64,000 nt of DNA from the human T2T-CHM13v2.0 reference genome, Homo sapiens. Numbering within the stretch: the first letter of the stretch is position 1; every line of letters begins with the position of its first letter. Shown piece after piece: positions 1-17,473 of the stretch. A program made the translations under genes and the position numbers. Location of the stretch: the NCBI RefSeq assembly GCF_009914755.1, contig NC_060927.1. One strand, written 5' to 3'. The notes below the pieces were generated by a model that did not search any database, was not told where the DNA came from, and saw only the letters and a list, made by a program, of their open reading frames with translations.

Positions 1-1880
1 CTCCACATCACCTTCATATACACCAATCAAATGTAGGTTTGGTCTTTTCACATAGTCCCATATTGGAGGCTTCGTTTGTTCATTTTCATTATTTTTTCTC
101 TAATCTTGTCTTCACGACTTATTTCAGTAAGTTGATCTTCAGTCTCTGATATCCTTTCTTCTGCTTGATCAGTTCAGCTATTGATACTTGTGTATGCTTC
201 ACAAAGTTCTTGTGCTGTGTTTTTCTGCTGCATCAGGTCATTTCTGTTCTTCTCTAAACTGGTTATTGTAGTTAGCAATTCCTCTAACCTTTTTTCAAGG
301 TTCTTAGCTTCCTTGCATTGGGTTAGAACATGCTCCTTTAGCTTGGAGGAGTTTGTTATTACCCACCTTCTGAAGCCTACTTCTGTCAATTCATCAGACT
401 CATTCTCTGTCCAGTTTTGTTGCCTTGCTAGCAAGGAGTTGTGATCCTTTGGAGGAGAAGAGGCATTCTGGTTTTTGGAATTTTCAGCCTCTTTGCACTG
501 GTTTTTCCTCATCTTCGTAGATTTATCTACCTTTGGTCTTTGCTGTTTGTGACCTTTGGTTGGAGTTTATGCATGGTCGTATTTTTTGCTGATGTTGATG
601 CTATTCCTTTCTGTTTGTTAGTTTTCCTTCTAACAATCATGGCCCTCTTCTGTAGATCCACTGGAGTTTGCTAGGGGTCTACTCCAGATCCTGTTTGCCT
701 GGGTATCACCAGTGGAGGCTACAGAACAGCAAAGATTGCTGTCTGTCCTTCTTCTGAAAGCTTTGTCCTAGAGGGGCACCCATTGGGTGCCAGCCAGAGC
801 TCTGCTGTATGAGGTGTCTGTCGACCCCTACTGGGAGTTGTCTCCCTGTCAGGAGGCACGGGGGTCAAGGACCCACTTGAGGAGGCTGTCTGTCCCTTAG
901 CAGAGCTCAAGCACCGTGCTGGGAGATTGCTGCTCTCTGCAGAGCTGGCAGGCAGAAACGTTTATGTCTGCTGAAGCTGCGCCCACACCTGCCACTTCCC
1001 CCAGGTGCTCTGTCCCAGGGAGATGGGAGTTTGATCTATAAGCCCCTGACTGGGGCTGCTGCCTTTCTGTCAGAGATGCCCTTCCCAGAGTGGAGGAATC
1101 TAGAGAGGCAGTCTGGCTACAGTGGTTTTGAAGCACTGTGTTTGGCTCTGCCAAGTCCAAACATCCTGGTGACTTGGTTTACACTGTGAGGGGAAAACCA
1201 CCTACTCAAGCCTCAGTAATGGTGGATATCCCTCCTGCCACCAAGCTCGAGCATCCCAGGTTGACTTCAGACTTGTGCGCTGGCAGCAAGAATTTCAAGC
1301 CAGTTGATCTTAGCTTGCTTGTCCCCGTGAGGGTGGGATCCGCTGAGCAAGACTACTTGGCTTCCTGGCTTCAGCTTCCTTTCCAGGGGAGTGAATGGTT
1401 CTGTCTCACTGGCGTTTCAGGCACCACTGGGGTATGGAAAAAAACAAACAAACAAAAACAAACAAAAAAACTCCTGCAGCTAGCTCAGTGTCTGCCCAAA
1501 CAGCCGCCCAGTTTTGTGCTTGAAACCCAGGGCCCTTGTTGTGTAGGCATCCGTGGGAATCTTCTAGTCTGTGTGTTGCAAAGACCATAGGAAAAGCATG
1601 GTATCTGGGCCAGATAGCACCATCCCTCACAGCAGGGTCCCTCATGGCTTCCCTTAGCTAGGGAAGGGAGTTCCCCAACCCCTTGTGCTTTCGGGGTGAG
1701 GCGATGCCCCACTCTGCTTCTGCTCGCCCTCCATGGGCTACACCCACTGTGTAACCAGTCCCAGTGAGATGAACCTAGTACCTCAATTGGAAATGCAGAA
1801 ATCACCCCGCTTCTGCATTGGTCTTGCTGAGAGCTGCAGACTGGAGCTTTTCCTATTCAGCCACCTTGCCCAGGAATCCC
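1..1880 (-). mobile_element. LINE-1 (L1PA8-like) 5'UTR and ORF1 N-terminus; continues beyond the window start
   Basis: ORF 174..512 MRKNQCKEAENSKNQNASSPPKD is an ORF1p N-terminus; L1 5' terminus (rc gggattcctgggcaaggtggctgaataggaa) near 1880. Confidence 0.93.
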
Positions 1881-2620
1881 AGGGAAGGCTTTTAGTGCAG
1901 GAAAAGAGTTGGCAGAGAAGGGGGACATGGAGATTTCAGTGAGGAGAGATTGCTCAGTGGGGCATTATTCCACAGGGACTGGGAAGGAAGGATAGAAATA
2001 CCTGCAATCATAAATAAGTTGAGTTATGATAAGTTTTAAAGACAATTGGAAGACATTTATGTCCAGTGATTTGTATTTTTCTAAGAGGCGTAAGGAGAAA
2101 TGTAAAGGTCTGGATCAGTCTCTGTGGGGAATGAGGGAGAGAAAGGGGCAAGAGTGAACACTCCTCTAGAGCATGTACCAAACCCTGTGTCAGGAGCTTC
2201 ACATCATTATTTAATTCAGTCCCTAAATCAGCTGAGTGAGGTTGAACAGTTTGCTAGTATCCAATCCAAGATTTAAATCCCTGTCTGTGTCCTGCATTAT
2301 TTTCATTACTCCATATTGCTTCAGAGATTCATAAGACAATAGCCAGCCATATCACAGGATTAGCATGAGATGGAAATCAGAAGCTTTTAAGAGGAACTAA
2401 TGGTCATAGTCATGGACTCCAGAAGCCCAAGGGTCTGTACTTGATAACTGCTCACTGTCCCTTCCAAAAAACAACAGGCAAGTTTCCCTATCAGCAACCC
2501 CCTAGGATATTATTTATTCTTGATGGCCAGAATGTTACATCCCTGGTAGCGTATCATGAGCTCAGATTTAAGGAAAAAAGCTGAGGAATAAACTTTCTAA
2601 TATCAGAATTAAACATTTAG

Positions 2621-2900
2621 CACTGGTGCAGTGGCTCATGCCTGTAATCCCAGCACTTTGGAAGGTCAAGGCAGGAGGATTGCTTGAGGCCGGGAGTTTA
2701 AGACCAGCTTGGGCAACATAGTAAGACCCGGTTTCTACAAAAAAATTTAAAAGTATCCAGGTATGGTGGTGTGCACCTGTAGTCCTAGGTACTTGGGAGG
2801 CTCAGATGGGAAGAGCCCAGAAGTTTGAGGTTACAGTGAGCCCAGACAACGGAGCAAGACTTTGTCTCAAAATAAAAGAAAGATAGAGAAAGAAAGGAAA
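2621..2900 (+). mobile_element. Alu (AluJ-like, right-arm deletion)
   Basis: gtggctcatgcctgtaatcccagcactttgg; A-rich tail. Confidence 0.9.
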
Positions 2901-3120
2901 ATAATTAAACATTTACATGCTTCAGAAACCCTGAAATACACAATTGTTATATGTCTTAAATAGTTCGTCTTGGATTTTTGCATTGAAACATATTTTTACT
3001 TCCATTGAGAAATGTGTGAAGTATATTAATACTCATATTGATAAGGCTGAGCACCCTATGGATAGCTTAAGAGGAACAGTTTAACCTAATTTATTTTGAC
3101 TTGGTTAGTGGCATTTGCAT

Positions 3121-3170
3121 GGGAAAAGGAAATGGAAAAGGAAATGGAAAAAGTGGAAAAGGAAATGGAG
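3121..3170 (+). repeat. Short purine tandem repeat, unit ~GGAAAAGGAAAT
   Basis: About four imperfect 12-bp units visible directly. Confidence 0.8.
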
Positions 3171-3833
3171 GGATTGGCTTGCAGCCAGCTTCCCACTGCC
3201 CAGAAGAGCATCCTGACATCTGACCTGGGTCTGCAGGATTTATGGATATATGAGGACATAGAGATAGATTAGGGAGAACGATGCTGGGACACTTTGATAC
3301 TCTCTCCTTAGAAGATTGCATGCGCACACAGACACATAATCGTTTACATCCTGCTTCAGAGGATACATAGATCTTCTGAAACCTGTCTCAAGCCCAGATT
3401 AAAAACTGTCCTTTAAAGCATAAAAGACCCACTCTGATAACAGTCCCCATGCTGTCATATGCCTCATACCTCAGCATCCACTTCATTTTATCCACCTACT
3501 CTGGCTCCACACTTTGCTCCTGACCAGGGTGTGGTCAGCCATAACCAGTCCGTAGCTTCATTCCACTGCCCGGGAGGATAATTCAGCCTACCCATGGTCC
3601 ATCTCCACCCAACACTAGCCCTGCCCATGGTTTTCCAGCTTCAGCCCATAAGTCAGAACTCACAAGGATTCCTGAGTTTGACCTCTGAGATCTGTCCTTG
3701 TCCTTGTCCTAAACTCTGAACTCACACTGCCACTGGCCTTACCTGCCCTACCCTATATTCTTTGAGGGTTGCAGAGATGTAAGACATACAGTCTCTGCTG
3801 CTTTGCAGACAAGGATGCTGGACTTAAAAGACA

Positions 3834-4368
3834 TGTTGGGGTTCTCCAAGACCACCCTTAGTGATTATTCACTACAAGGACTCATAGGGCTTAGCATATA
3901 CTTGTAGTCATGGCTAAGACTTATGACAGTGATGTAGTAAGGATACATAGCTGGATCATAACAGAAAGACACAGACTTTGGAGGAATCTACACACAAGCT
4001 TCTTTGTGCTCTCTGTCTCACACATGAGGGGTCACACAGAGCACTCTTCCAGCAATGAAAATGTAGCATTATGTGTGTGATATTTCAGCCCTGGGAAGCC
4101 CATTAGGGACTCAGCACCCAAGGTTTATTGGGGGCTGTCACATGGGCACCCTCTGTGTAGCACATGCTAAATTCCGAGCTCCCAGGAGGGAAGCAGGTAT
4201 TTAACATAAGCCGTATTGTTCACACAGACAGTCTAGGCATAGTGAGCCACGCTTAGTTGTTGGGAACACTCTGAAAACCAAATACCAGATGCCAGCTAAG
4301 GGCCAGCCTTGCAAGCAGACCCTTCTAAATAGCAGTCTCAGGCCTGCTATGTTAACTCTTTTCTGTGC
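3834..4368 (-). mobile_element. ERVL solo LTR, MER68/MER21/MER77 group
   Basis: Ends with gcagtctcaggcctgctatgttaactcttttctgtgc, the rc of the start of this LTR group. Confidence 0.75.
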
Positions 4369-4715
4369 CCCAAGCTCCTGGTTCATAGAATTTTGGCCCA
4401 CCATGAGCGTGTAGACCACAAACAACTTCATCTATGCTTTGACTGCTAGGTTTTTAGATGTCAAGTTTCCTCTTGCCATTTCTAAGCCTTGGAGATGAGG
4501 AATGCCTGTACCAGAGAGTGCCATTCCTAGATCTGGCCCTCTGGACATCCTTCCTCCAGCCCAAGAACCGCACCTGTGTATCCTCATCTCAGTGCTGCCA
4601 GCATTATAATGTTATACTTTGGAAATTGATATAGTTTTCTCTAATATGAGAACGGTGCTGCTATGCACTAGTACAGGGTCCTTTGTCTCAGTGACCCCTC
4701 ACAGACCCTGCAGGG

Positions 4716-4892
4716 CTAGGCTGTCCAATACAACTGAATTGTTCTATATATGGGGGGCATTATGGTAGCCACTAGCCACATGTGACTGTTGAGCACTTGA
4801 AATGTGGCTAATGTGACTGAGTCTTTAACTTTATTTAATTTTAATATAAATAGCAATTTGTGGCTAGTGGCTACCTGTTGGTTAGCACAGCA
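4716..4892. mobile_element. MER3-like hAT-Charlie non-autonomous DNA transposon
   Basis: ggtagccactagccacatgtg ... tgtggctagtggctacc internal inverted motif. Confidence 0.75.
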
Positions 4893-5241
4893 TAAAACCT
4901 GGTGGGCTGAATGATCTGGTAAGCTGATTGTGCAGGGCCATGGCAGAAAGGATAGACTGAGTGCACAGAATATCAAGAAGAAGGAAAGACATGAAGCAAA
5001 AGAAGAAAATTAAGAGAGTTCTTTGAAGTCTGGGTATATCCATTTGTGCACATTTATAAATATGTATGATTTAGAGAGATGTAGCTATTTTCAAATGCTT
5101 TATTTCTTTTTGATCAATATTAAATCTTATTTTCACCATTCAGATACTATATCTTGAAAGACAGTTGGAATGAGTACAGATTTTGGAAAAGCCAGGCTTA
5201 GGCTAAAATCTTGTCTCTGTAGCTTATTAGCTACAATACTA

Positions 5242-5561
<320 letters not shown>

Positions 5562-7185
5562 AGCCATACTTTTTTTATATTAAGAGAGAGTAAAAAGCAA
5601 TTTAACATAGTTCAGTGGACATTCTTATATTTTCAATGTTTCTAAAACCTAAAAGTTGTTAAGTACTAAAAATTTGAAAGCATTTAGGAACTTTCTTTGC
5701 TGTTCTTCCCTGAAGTTGTTCCTGAACTTCCCAGTTGTGTACTTTAAAAGCCTAGAAAATATCTAGTAAAGTATCTGACAAATTTAAATATTAATGTGGC
5801 TTTCAGGTTGGCTCAATTTTCTAGCTCCTATTTATAAACAGCCTATATTTTTCTATTTCCTCTGTGTGTGTTTAGTTTCTGTAAGCTCTGCCTTTCTCAT
5901 CAGGATTCCCTCATTTTGGACTAAGTCTGTGACAAGCTCTGTCTTGTGCTGTGACATGTAATATCATATTAAACAAGCAAGACTTTGCCTCATTGAGGCA
6001 CAGAAACAGCAGCAGAAATAGTGAAAATAACAAGTTAATAAATATAAATATGTATATTCTGGTATTCTTAGAGGACTTCCATAATCACAATAGGACAAAT
6101 ATAGAGGAGTATGTATGTTACATGGCAAACTATAAAAAAAACTTAAATACTCTTATATCTTGTTTTATGCCAAACAGAGAAAAACTTGTATAGTGAGTAA
6201 AGGAATGAAGTTAAAAAGAACAAAAATGTTCACGTTGTGGCAAGGAACTGGAAAGCACAGAACAAGAGTATCAATACCAGTATAGGTAATGAGGGAGAGT
6301 AACAAGATCAGGAAGACTGTCAATATTATTATTACTAAGACAGTGTTTTTACATGAGGCTTTAAGAAAGCAAGCACATTTTAGCACTTGTTTAAATCTTT
6401 TCAGTTTACATAGTAAATAAATTGGAAAACAATGAATAGGAAAACACTATATCGTGTTATCGGTGATTTGCTCTTAAATGTGTTGTTTTCTTGTGATAGT
6501 GCTAGGTTACATATTTATCTAAGTACAGTCAGAGAGACTGAGAGGATAGTCTTTTGTACACTTGATGAAGTAATTCTAAACTAAATTGGTTTCTTCAACC
6601 TTCATTCATTTATTTATCTGATCATTATTTCAGCATGCCATTCAAAACTGCTAGGTCTGGGTTACTCTTGGGAAGTCGCAAAGGGCCTATGTAGGAAAGG
6701 TGCATTTTTCTACACCAGGCAAAAGAGTTTTTCCTCAGTAAGGAGAAACAGCTGCTGTTCTATTAGTAACATTGCTTTTTTGGCATCGGGGGCCAAGCAT
6801 GATTACTTCTCTCTGTAAGTACTTCAGACTACTTAACTTTCAGCTGAGGAATATAAAATGTACACTTCTTTAGTCCCCATGGGTGTGATTAGCAAAACAC
6901 ATGGAAGGGAAGGTCAGTCTTCTCGTCCTCCAGCGTCCTCACATGGGCACACACCTTCCTCAGAAGCATTATGACCTGAATGTTGGAGACAGCAAAGATG
7001 AACTGACTTAGCATTGTGCTGTCCTGTCATCAGAGCCTTGCCCCCATTTATTCATCTACATGCTTGTTATTGTTAGAATTAGGAGCCTGATCCTGGGATA
7101 AGAGCAGAAATTATTAGAGTGAAAACAACTGTTTGTAGCTCACCACATTAAGCTACCATTTAGTTAATTTTCATAAGTACGTGAT

Positions 7186-7372
7186 TTCTTTTTTTAACAT
7201 TTAAGTTTAGGGGTACATACACAGATTTGTCACATAGGTAAACTCATGTCATGGGGGTTTGCTGTACAGATTATTTCATCACCCAGGTATTAAGCCTAGT
7301 ATCCATTAGTTATTTTTCCTGATCTCCCTCCTTTCACCTTCCAGTAGGCCCGTGTCTGTTGTTCCCCTCTGT
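7186..7372 (-). mobile_element. L1PA (older, ~PA13-like) 3' end fragment
   Basis: T-tract followed by the rc of an L1 3'UTR (ggggtacatac...tatttcatcacccaggtattaagcctag). Confidence 0.8.
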
Positions 7373-7773
7373 GGTAGGGTTCTTATATATATATATATGA
7401 GTTTATTAAGTATTAACTCACACGATCCCACAATAGGCCATGCGCAGGCTGAGGAGCAAGGAGAGCCAGCCCGAGTTCCAAAACTGAATAACTTGGAGTC
7501 CCATGTTTGAGGGCAGGAGGCATCCAGCTTGGGAGAAAGATGTAGGCTGGGTGGCTAGGCCAGTCTCTCTTTTCACATTTTCTTGCTTGCTTATATTCTA
7601 GATGTGCTGGCAGCTGAATAGATTGTGCCCACCCAGATTAAGGGTAGGTCTGCCTTCCCCAGCCCTCTGACTCAAATGTTAATCTCCTTTGGCAGCACCC
7701 TCACAGACATACCACGATCAGTACTTTGTATCCTTCAATCCAATCAAGTTGACACTCAGTATTAACCATCACA
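7373..7773 (-). mobile_element. MLT2A LTR (3' LTR of HERV-L)
   Basis: rc starts tgtgatggttaatactgagtgtcaacttgattgg, preceded by the PPT-like gacaaggggtggact; AATAAA + (TA)n near a damaged terminus. Confidence 0.9.
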
Positions 7774-13057
<5,284 letters not shown>

Positions 13058-13060
<3 letters not shown>

Positions 13061-14240
13061 TGTAGAGAAAGAGCTGGAATTGTGGAAAAACAGACACAAG
13101 TTCTTATCATGCAAGTGGCTGTTCCGCAATGAAATATGCATGCACAGCCTTGCCAGGTGTCTACTGTTAAAGTGAGGGCATTTATTGGAAAATAATGAGA
13201 CCCTGCAACTTGGAATAGGGACATGGGGGAGGACCCTGATGAAGCTGGGGACACTGAGTTTGTGAACTCTGATGAACCTCTTTTGCCAGAAAGAACACCG
13301 TCCCCATCCCCAGTCATGTCAGCATCCCCTCCCCGACCCAAGCTGCCATCAGCCTTTCCACCTTTGTCTGAGGAGATACATGCTGTGCTGCCTGAGACAA
13401 CACTGATGGCCTCCCCTGAGGCAGTTGCCAGGCAGGATAATGTTGATTTTCCTCAGGACCCACCCCCAACACCCTTGTTTACTTATAGAGCTGTAACTAG
13501 ACTAAGGTCCTGGCAGGTCCCTAGAGGTGAGGCTGAGAGTGTGACCCATGAGAAGGTGCACTACACTCGAAAAGAACTGCTTGAGTTTTCTTTATTATTA
13601 TTATACTTTAAGTTCTAGGGTACATGTGCACAACGTGCAGGTTTGTTACATATGTTACATGTGCCATGTTGGTGTGCTGCACCCATCAGCTCATCATTTA
13701 CATTAGGTATTCCTCCTAATGCTATCCCTCCCCCCTCCCCCCACCCCATGACAGGCCCCATTGTGTGATGTTCCCCACCCTGTGTCCAAGTGTTTTCATT
13801 GCTCAATTCCCACCTATGAGCGAGAACATGCAGTGTTTGGTTTTCTTTCCTTGCGATAGTTTGCTCAGAATGATCGTTTCCAGCTTCATCCACGTCCCTA
13901 CAAAGGACATGAACTCATCCTTTTTTATGGCTGCATAGTGTTCCATGGTGTATATGTGCCACATTTTCTTAATCCAGTCTATCATTGATGGACATTTGGG
14001 TTGGTTCCAAGTCTTTGCTATTGTGAATAGTGCCACAATAAACATACATGTGCATGTGTCTTTATAGTAGCATGATTTATAATCCTTTGGGTATATACCC
14101 AGTAATGGGATTGCTGTGTCTAATTTATACAAACAGAAATCTAGAGAACAGGCATGGGAATGGATATTAAGGGTGTGGGATAATGGTGGAAGGAACATAG
14201 AGTTGGGTCAGGCTGAATTTATTGATTTGGGCCCACTAAG
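13058..14240 (+). mobile_element. Inverted HERV-L gag segment (interrupted by an L1)
   Basis: ORFs 13223..13618 (EDPDEAGDTEFVNSDEP...PEAVARQDNVD...LLEFS) and 14116..14322 (SNLYKQKSREQAWEWILRVWDNGG) are gag on the opposite strand to the provirus. Confidence 0.93.
13591..14117 (-). mobile_element. 5'-truncated L1PA5/6-like 3' end
   Basis: tttattattattatactttaagttctagggtac start; ORF2 C-terminus KTWNQPKCPSMIDWIKKMW; splits gag LLEFS/NLYKQK. Confidence 0.92.
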
Positions 14241-14289
14241 AGGGAAGGGTGCAGGATTGAGAAGGAACTTCAGAGATGATAGAATGTTC

Positions 14290-14754
14290 TTTCATCACCC
14301 AGGTACTAAGCCTAGTACCTAATAGTTATTTTTTCTACTCATCTCCCTCCTCCCACCCTCACCCTCAGTGGGCCCCAGTGTCTGTTGTTCTCCTCTTTGT
14401 GTTCAGGTGTTCTCATCATTTAGTTCCCACTTACAAGTGAGAACATGTAGTGTTTGGTTTTCTGTTTCTGCGTTAGTTTGCTAAGAATGATGGCTTCCAG
14501 CTCCATCCATGTTCCTGCAAAGGACAGGATCTTGTTCTTTTTTATGGCTGCATAGTAGTCCATGGTGTGTATATACCACATTTTCTTTATCCAGTCTACC
14601 ATTGATGGGCATTTAGGTTGATTCCCTGTCTTTGCTATTGTGAATAGTGCTGCAATGAACATATGCCTGCATGTGTCTTTATGGTAGAATGATTTATATT
14701 CCTTTGGGTATACACCCAGCAATGGATTGCTGGGTGAAATGGTAGTTCTGTTTT
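14290..14754 (-). mobile_element. L1PA15/16-like 3' fragment lacking its poly(A) end
   Basis: ORF 14420..14722 is an ORF2 C-terminus; closely matches the rc of 49618-50085. Confidence 0.88.
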
Positions 14755-15234
14755 CTGAAGACCTGATAGGGGCTGTATAATTACAAAAATGTTTTTATAA
14801 TTACTTGAGAATATGTAACAGCAGATTTACTCATGTGTCTGTTTTATCTTAGACAAAATGGAAAAAGCCAATTTTCTGGGATTATTTGCCATTCAAGTTT
14901 CTGCTTGTTCTTAATCAAGCAAATCATTACCTATGTCTCTTTGGTGGGAATGTCATGAACCTCAAACAAACTGTGTGCCTCCAGAAGAGCTGGAATGGGT
15001 ACATGGCATAGACTTTCTAGTTGGAAGAGTCAGAGTACATGTAGGTAATAGGAATCCTGGAGATAGATTTCTTTCATGCAGCACCTCTAGGAGCCTATGC
15101 CACACAGACACTCTTCATCTCTGAAGCAAGATGTGGCTTGCAGCATTTCCCAGGTATATTTTCCCATGGAACCGAATTTTCCACACCCCAAAACTTTTTT
15201 TCAGTACTTATTTCATGAGAGGAAATAACAGATA

Positions 15235-15440
15235 AAGCATGGGCTTTGAGTTCAAACCTTTCCAGATTTGAATTTCAACTTTACTACTCTCTACTTTTTC
15301 ATCTCAAGCCAGGAACTTTGCCTCTCCAACTCTCAGTTTCTTCAGAGGTAAAATACCTGTTGTAAAGATCAAGAGCAATTAGGCAAGAAAAGAAATACTT
15401 AAAACAATGCCTGGTGCGCAAAAAAACACTCACTCAGTGG
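15235..15440 (+). mobile_element. MIR remnant
   Basis: gggctttgagttcaaac ... ctcagtttcttc core. Confidence 0.6.
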
Positions 15441-15879
15441 CTGCTGTTGCAGCTACTACAGCAAAATAATCAATACCAGAGCTGTATCTCCCTCTCACAT
15501 ATTTTCTCTGACTTTCAGACATGGGTTTTTAGCTGCCTGTTTTCTGTTCACGTATGTGTTCCACAGAGACCTCGAATTCAGTATGTATACCCAAAATTTA
15601 TATAATCTTCTTTTATATCTTCTCTGGTTGATATAACCACATCCAGTCAACTGCTAAATCTGGTCAGCTGTGTCTCCTAAATATATCTCACATCCATTCA
15701 CCTCTCCTCAGTTTTAAGACTGTGTCATAGTTTGCCTGGGCTGCTACTGTTGTCTCTCTGGAGTTCTTTCTATGTTACCAACCTGGCTTCTGCATTGCAG
15801 CCCAGATGCTCAGTCTAAACACTTAGGGGATCATGCTGCTTCTCAAGTTTGAACTTTCAGAGCCTCTCTAAGGCCCACA

Positions 15880-16065
15880 ATAGGGTTTTTCAAACTTGCT
15901 AGCCCTAATACCAGTTGAAGTCCTTAAAATTATAGATTCCTGGACTGTCTCCGGGAATCCTTTCCTCTAGAGATTCTGATCCAGATGATCTTGGGTTTGG
16001 CCCAGGATATTTCCATTTTAAGTAAGCTGCCAGGTACTACTAATGGTAGTCAAATTTGGAAATTC
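15880..16065. mobile_element. MER5-like hAT element
   Basis: agagattctgatc...ggcccaggatatttccattttaagtaagctgccaggt. Confidence 0.55.
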
Positions 16066-16125
16066 TTCACACGTAAATAATCCACACTGTGTTGCATGGC
16101 ACCTCTGGCCAGCTATCCAGTACTC

Positions 16126-16431
16126 TTTTTTTTATTTTATTTTTATTTTTATTTTTTTGGAGACAGGGTCTCACTCTGTTGCCTAGGCTGGGAGTGCAAG
16201 GCTGCATGCAGCCTTGACGTCAGCAGGCTCAAAACAATCATCCCACTTCAGCCTCCTGAGTCGCCAGGGCTGTAAATGTATACCATCATGTCCAGCTAAT
16301 ATTTAAGTTTTTGTAGAGACAGGATCTCGCCATATTTCCAAAGCTGTTCTTGAACTCCTGGGCTCAAGTGATCCTCCTGCCTTGGTCTCCCAAAGTGCTA
16401 GGATTACAGGTGGAGCCATTGCATGCAGCCT
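16126..16431 (-). mobile_element. AluJ-like
   Basis: T-tract, gagacagggtctcactctgttgcc, ctcctgggctcaagtgatcc. Confidence 0.9.
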
Positions 16432-16656
16432 CTAGTACCCTCTTAACTCATGCTCTGAGCTTCCCCATACAATAAGCTACATCATCCTTTAGAAAGTCTG
16501 CACTTTGCACTCTCTCCTCCTGGAATACCTTTTTCTTCATCTCTAATTACCCCTTACCAAGTGGCAAAAGCCTTGCAGTCTTTCAAGAACCTGTTCCAGT
16601 ACCTCCTTCAGGCAGCCTACCCTCAATCCAGTAGTTTGTCGGTGCCCCCCGCCACC

Positions 16657-16959
16657 TTTTTTTTTTTTTAGATGGAGTCTCGCTCGTCACCCAGGCTGGA
16701 GTGCAGTGGCACGATCTCGGCTCACTGCAGGCTCTGCCTCCCAGGTCACGCCATTCTCCTGCCTCAGCCTCCTGAGTAGTTGGGACTATAGGCACCCACC
16801 ACCACACCCGGCTAATTTTTTTTTGTATTTTTTGTATTTTTAGTAGAGACGGGGTTTCACCTTGTTAGCTAGTATGGTCTTGATCTCCTGACCTTGTGAT
16901 CCACCCGTCTCGGCCTCCCAAAGTGCTGGAATTACAGGCATGAGCCACCGTGCCTGGCC
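16657..16959 (-). mobile_element. Alu (AluY/Sc-like)
   Basis: cacgccattctcctgcctcagcc diagnostic; full dimer. Confidence 0.92.
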
Positions 16960-17385
16960 TTGTCAGCCCCTTTCTATGCAATTATAGCATTTTCACATCG
17001 TGGTGCAATTTGTGGTTTATGTGTGTCTCTGTTCCACCAGACTTGAGGACAGGAATTATTTCATTTCTATAGCCTCAGCATTTAGCTCGGTTTCTGCAAA
17101 ATGATAGAAGTTAGTGAATGTTTGTTGAAAAAATAAAAGGGAAAGAGGAAGGCTAGAAAGAACCCTTGCATTATACCAGTAGTTACAAAAATGTTACTTG
17201 GAGTCCTGAAGTGTCTCAAGGAGAACTGGTGGTCAGAGTGGAGGCCTAACTATGGAGGATTCCTGCATTATCCCCCTCTCCTGAAACCCTCACCTCTGAT
17301 TCAACCCAAGAAAATCTGCTTCTTAATTTTTTATATGTTGGTGAACAGAGTAAGGTTCTGTTGAAAAGAAGAGAAAAGCTGACAC

Positions 17386-17473
17386 TATGTATACATATGT
17401 AACTAACCTGCACATTGTGCACATGTACCCTAAAACTTAAAGTATAATAATAATAAATTAATTAAAAAAAAAA
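17386..17473 (+). mobile_element. Very short young L1PA 3' tail
   Basis: tatacatatgtaactaacctgcacattgtgcacatgtaccctaaaacttaaagtataat + A-tail. Confidence 0.88.
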
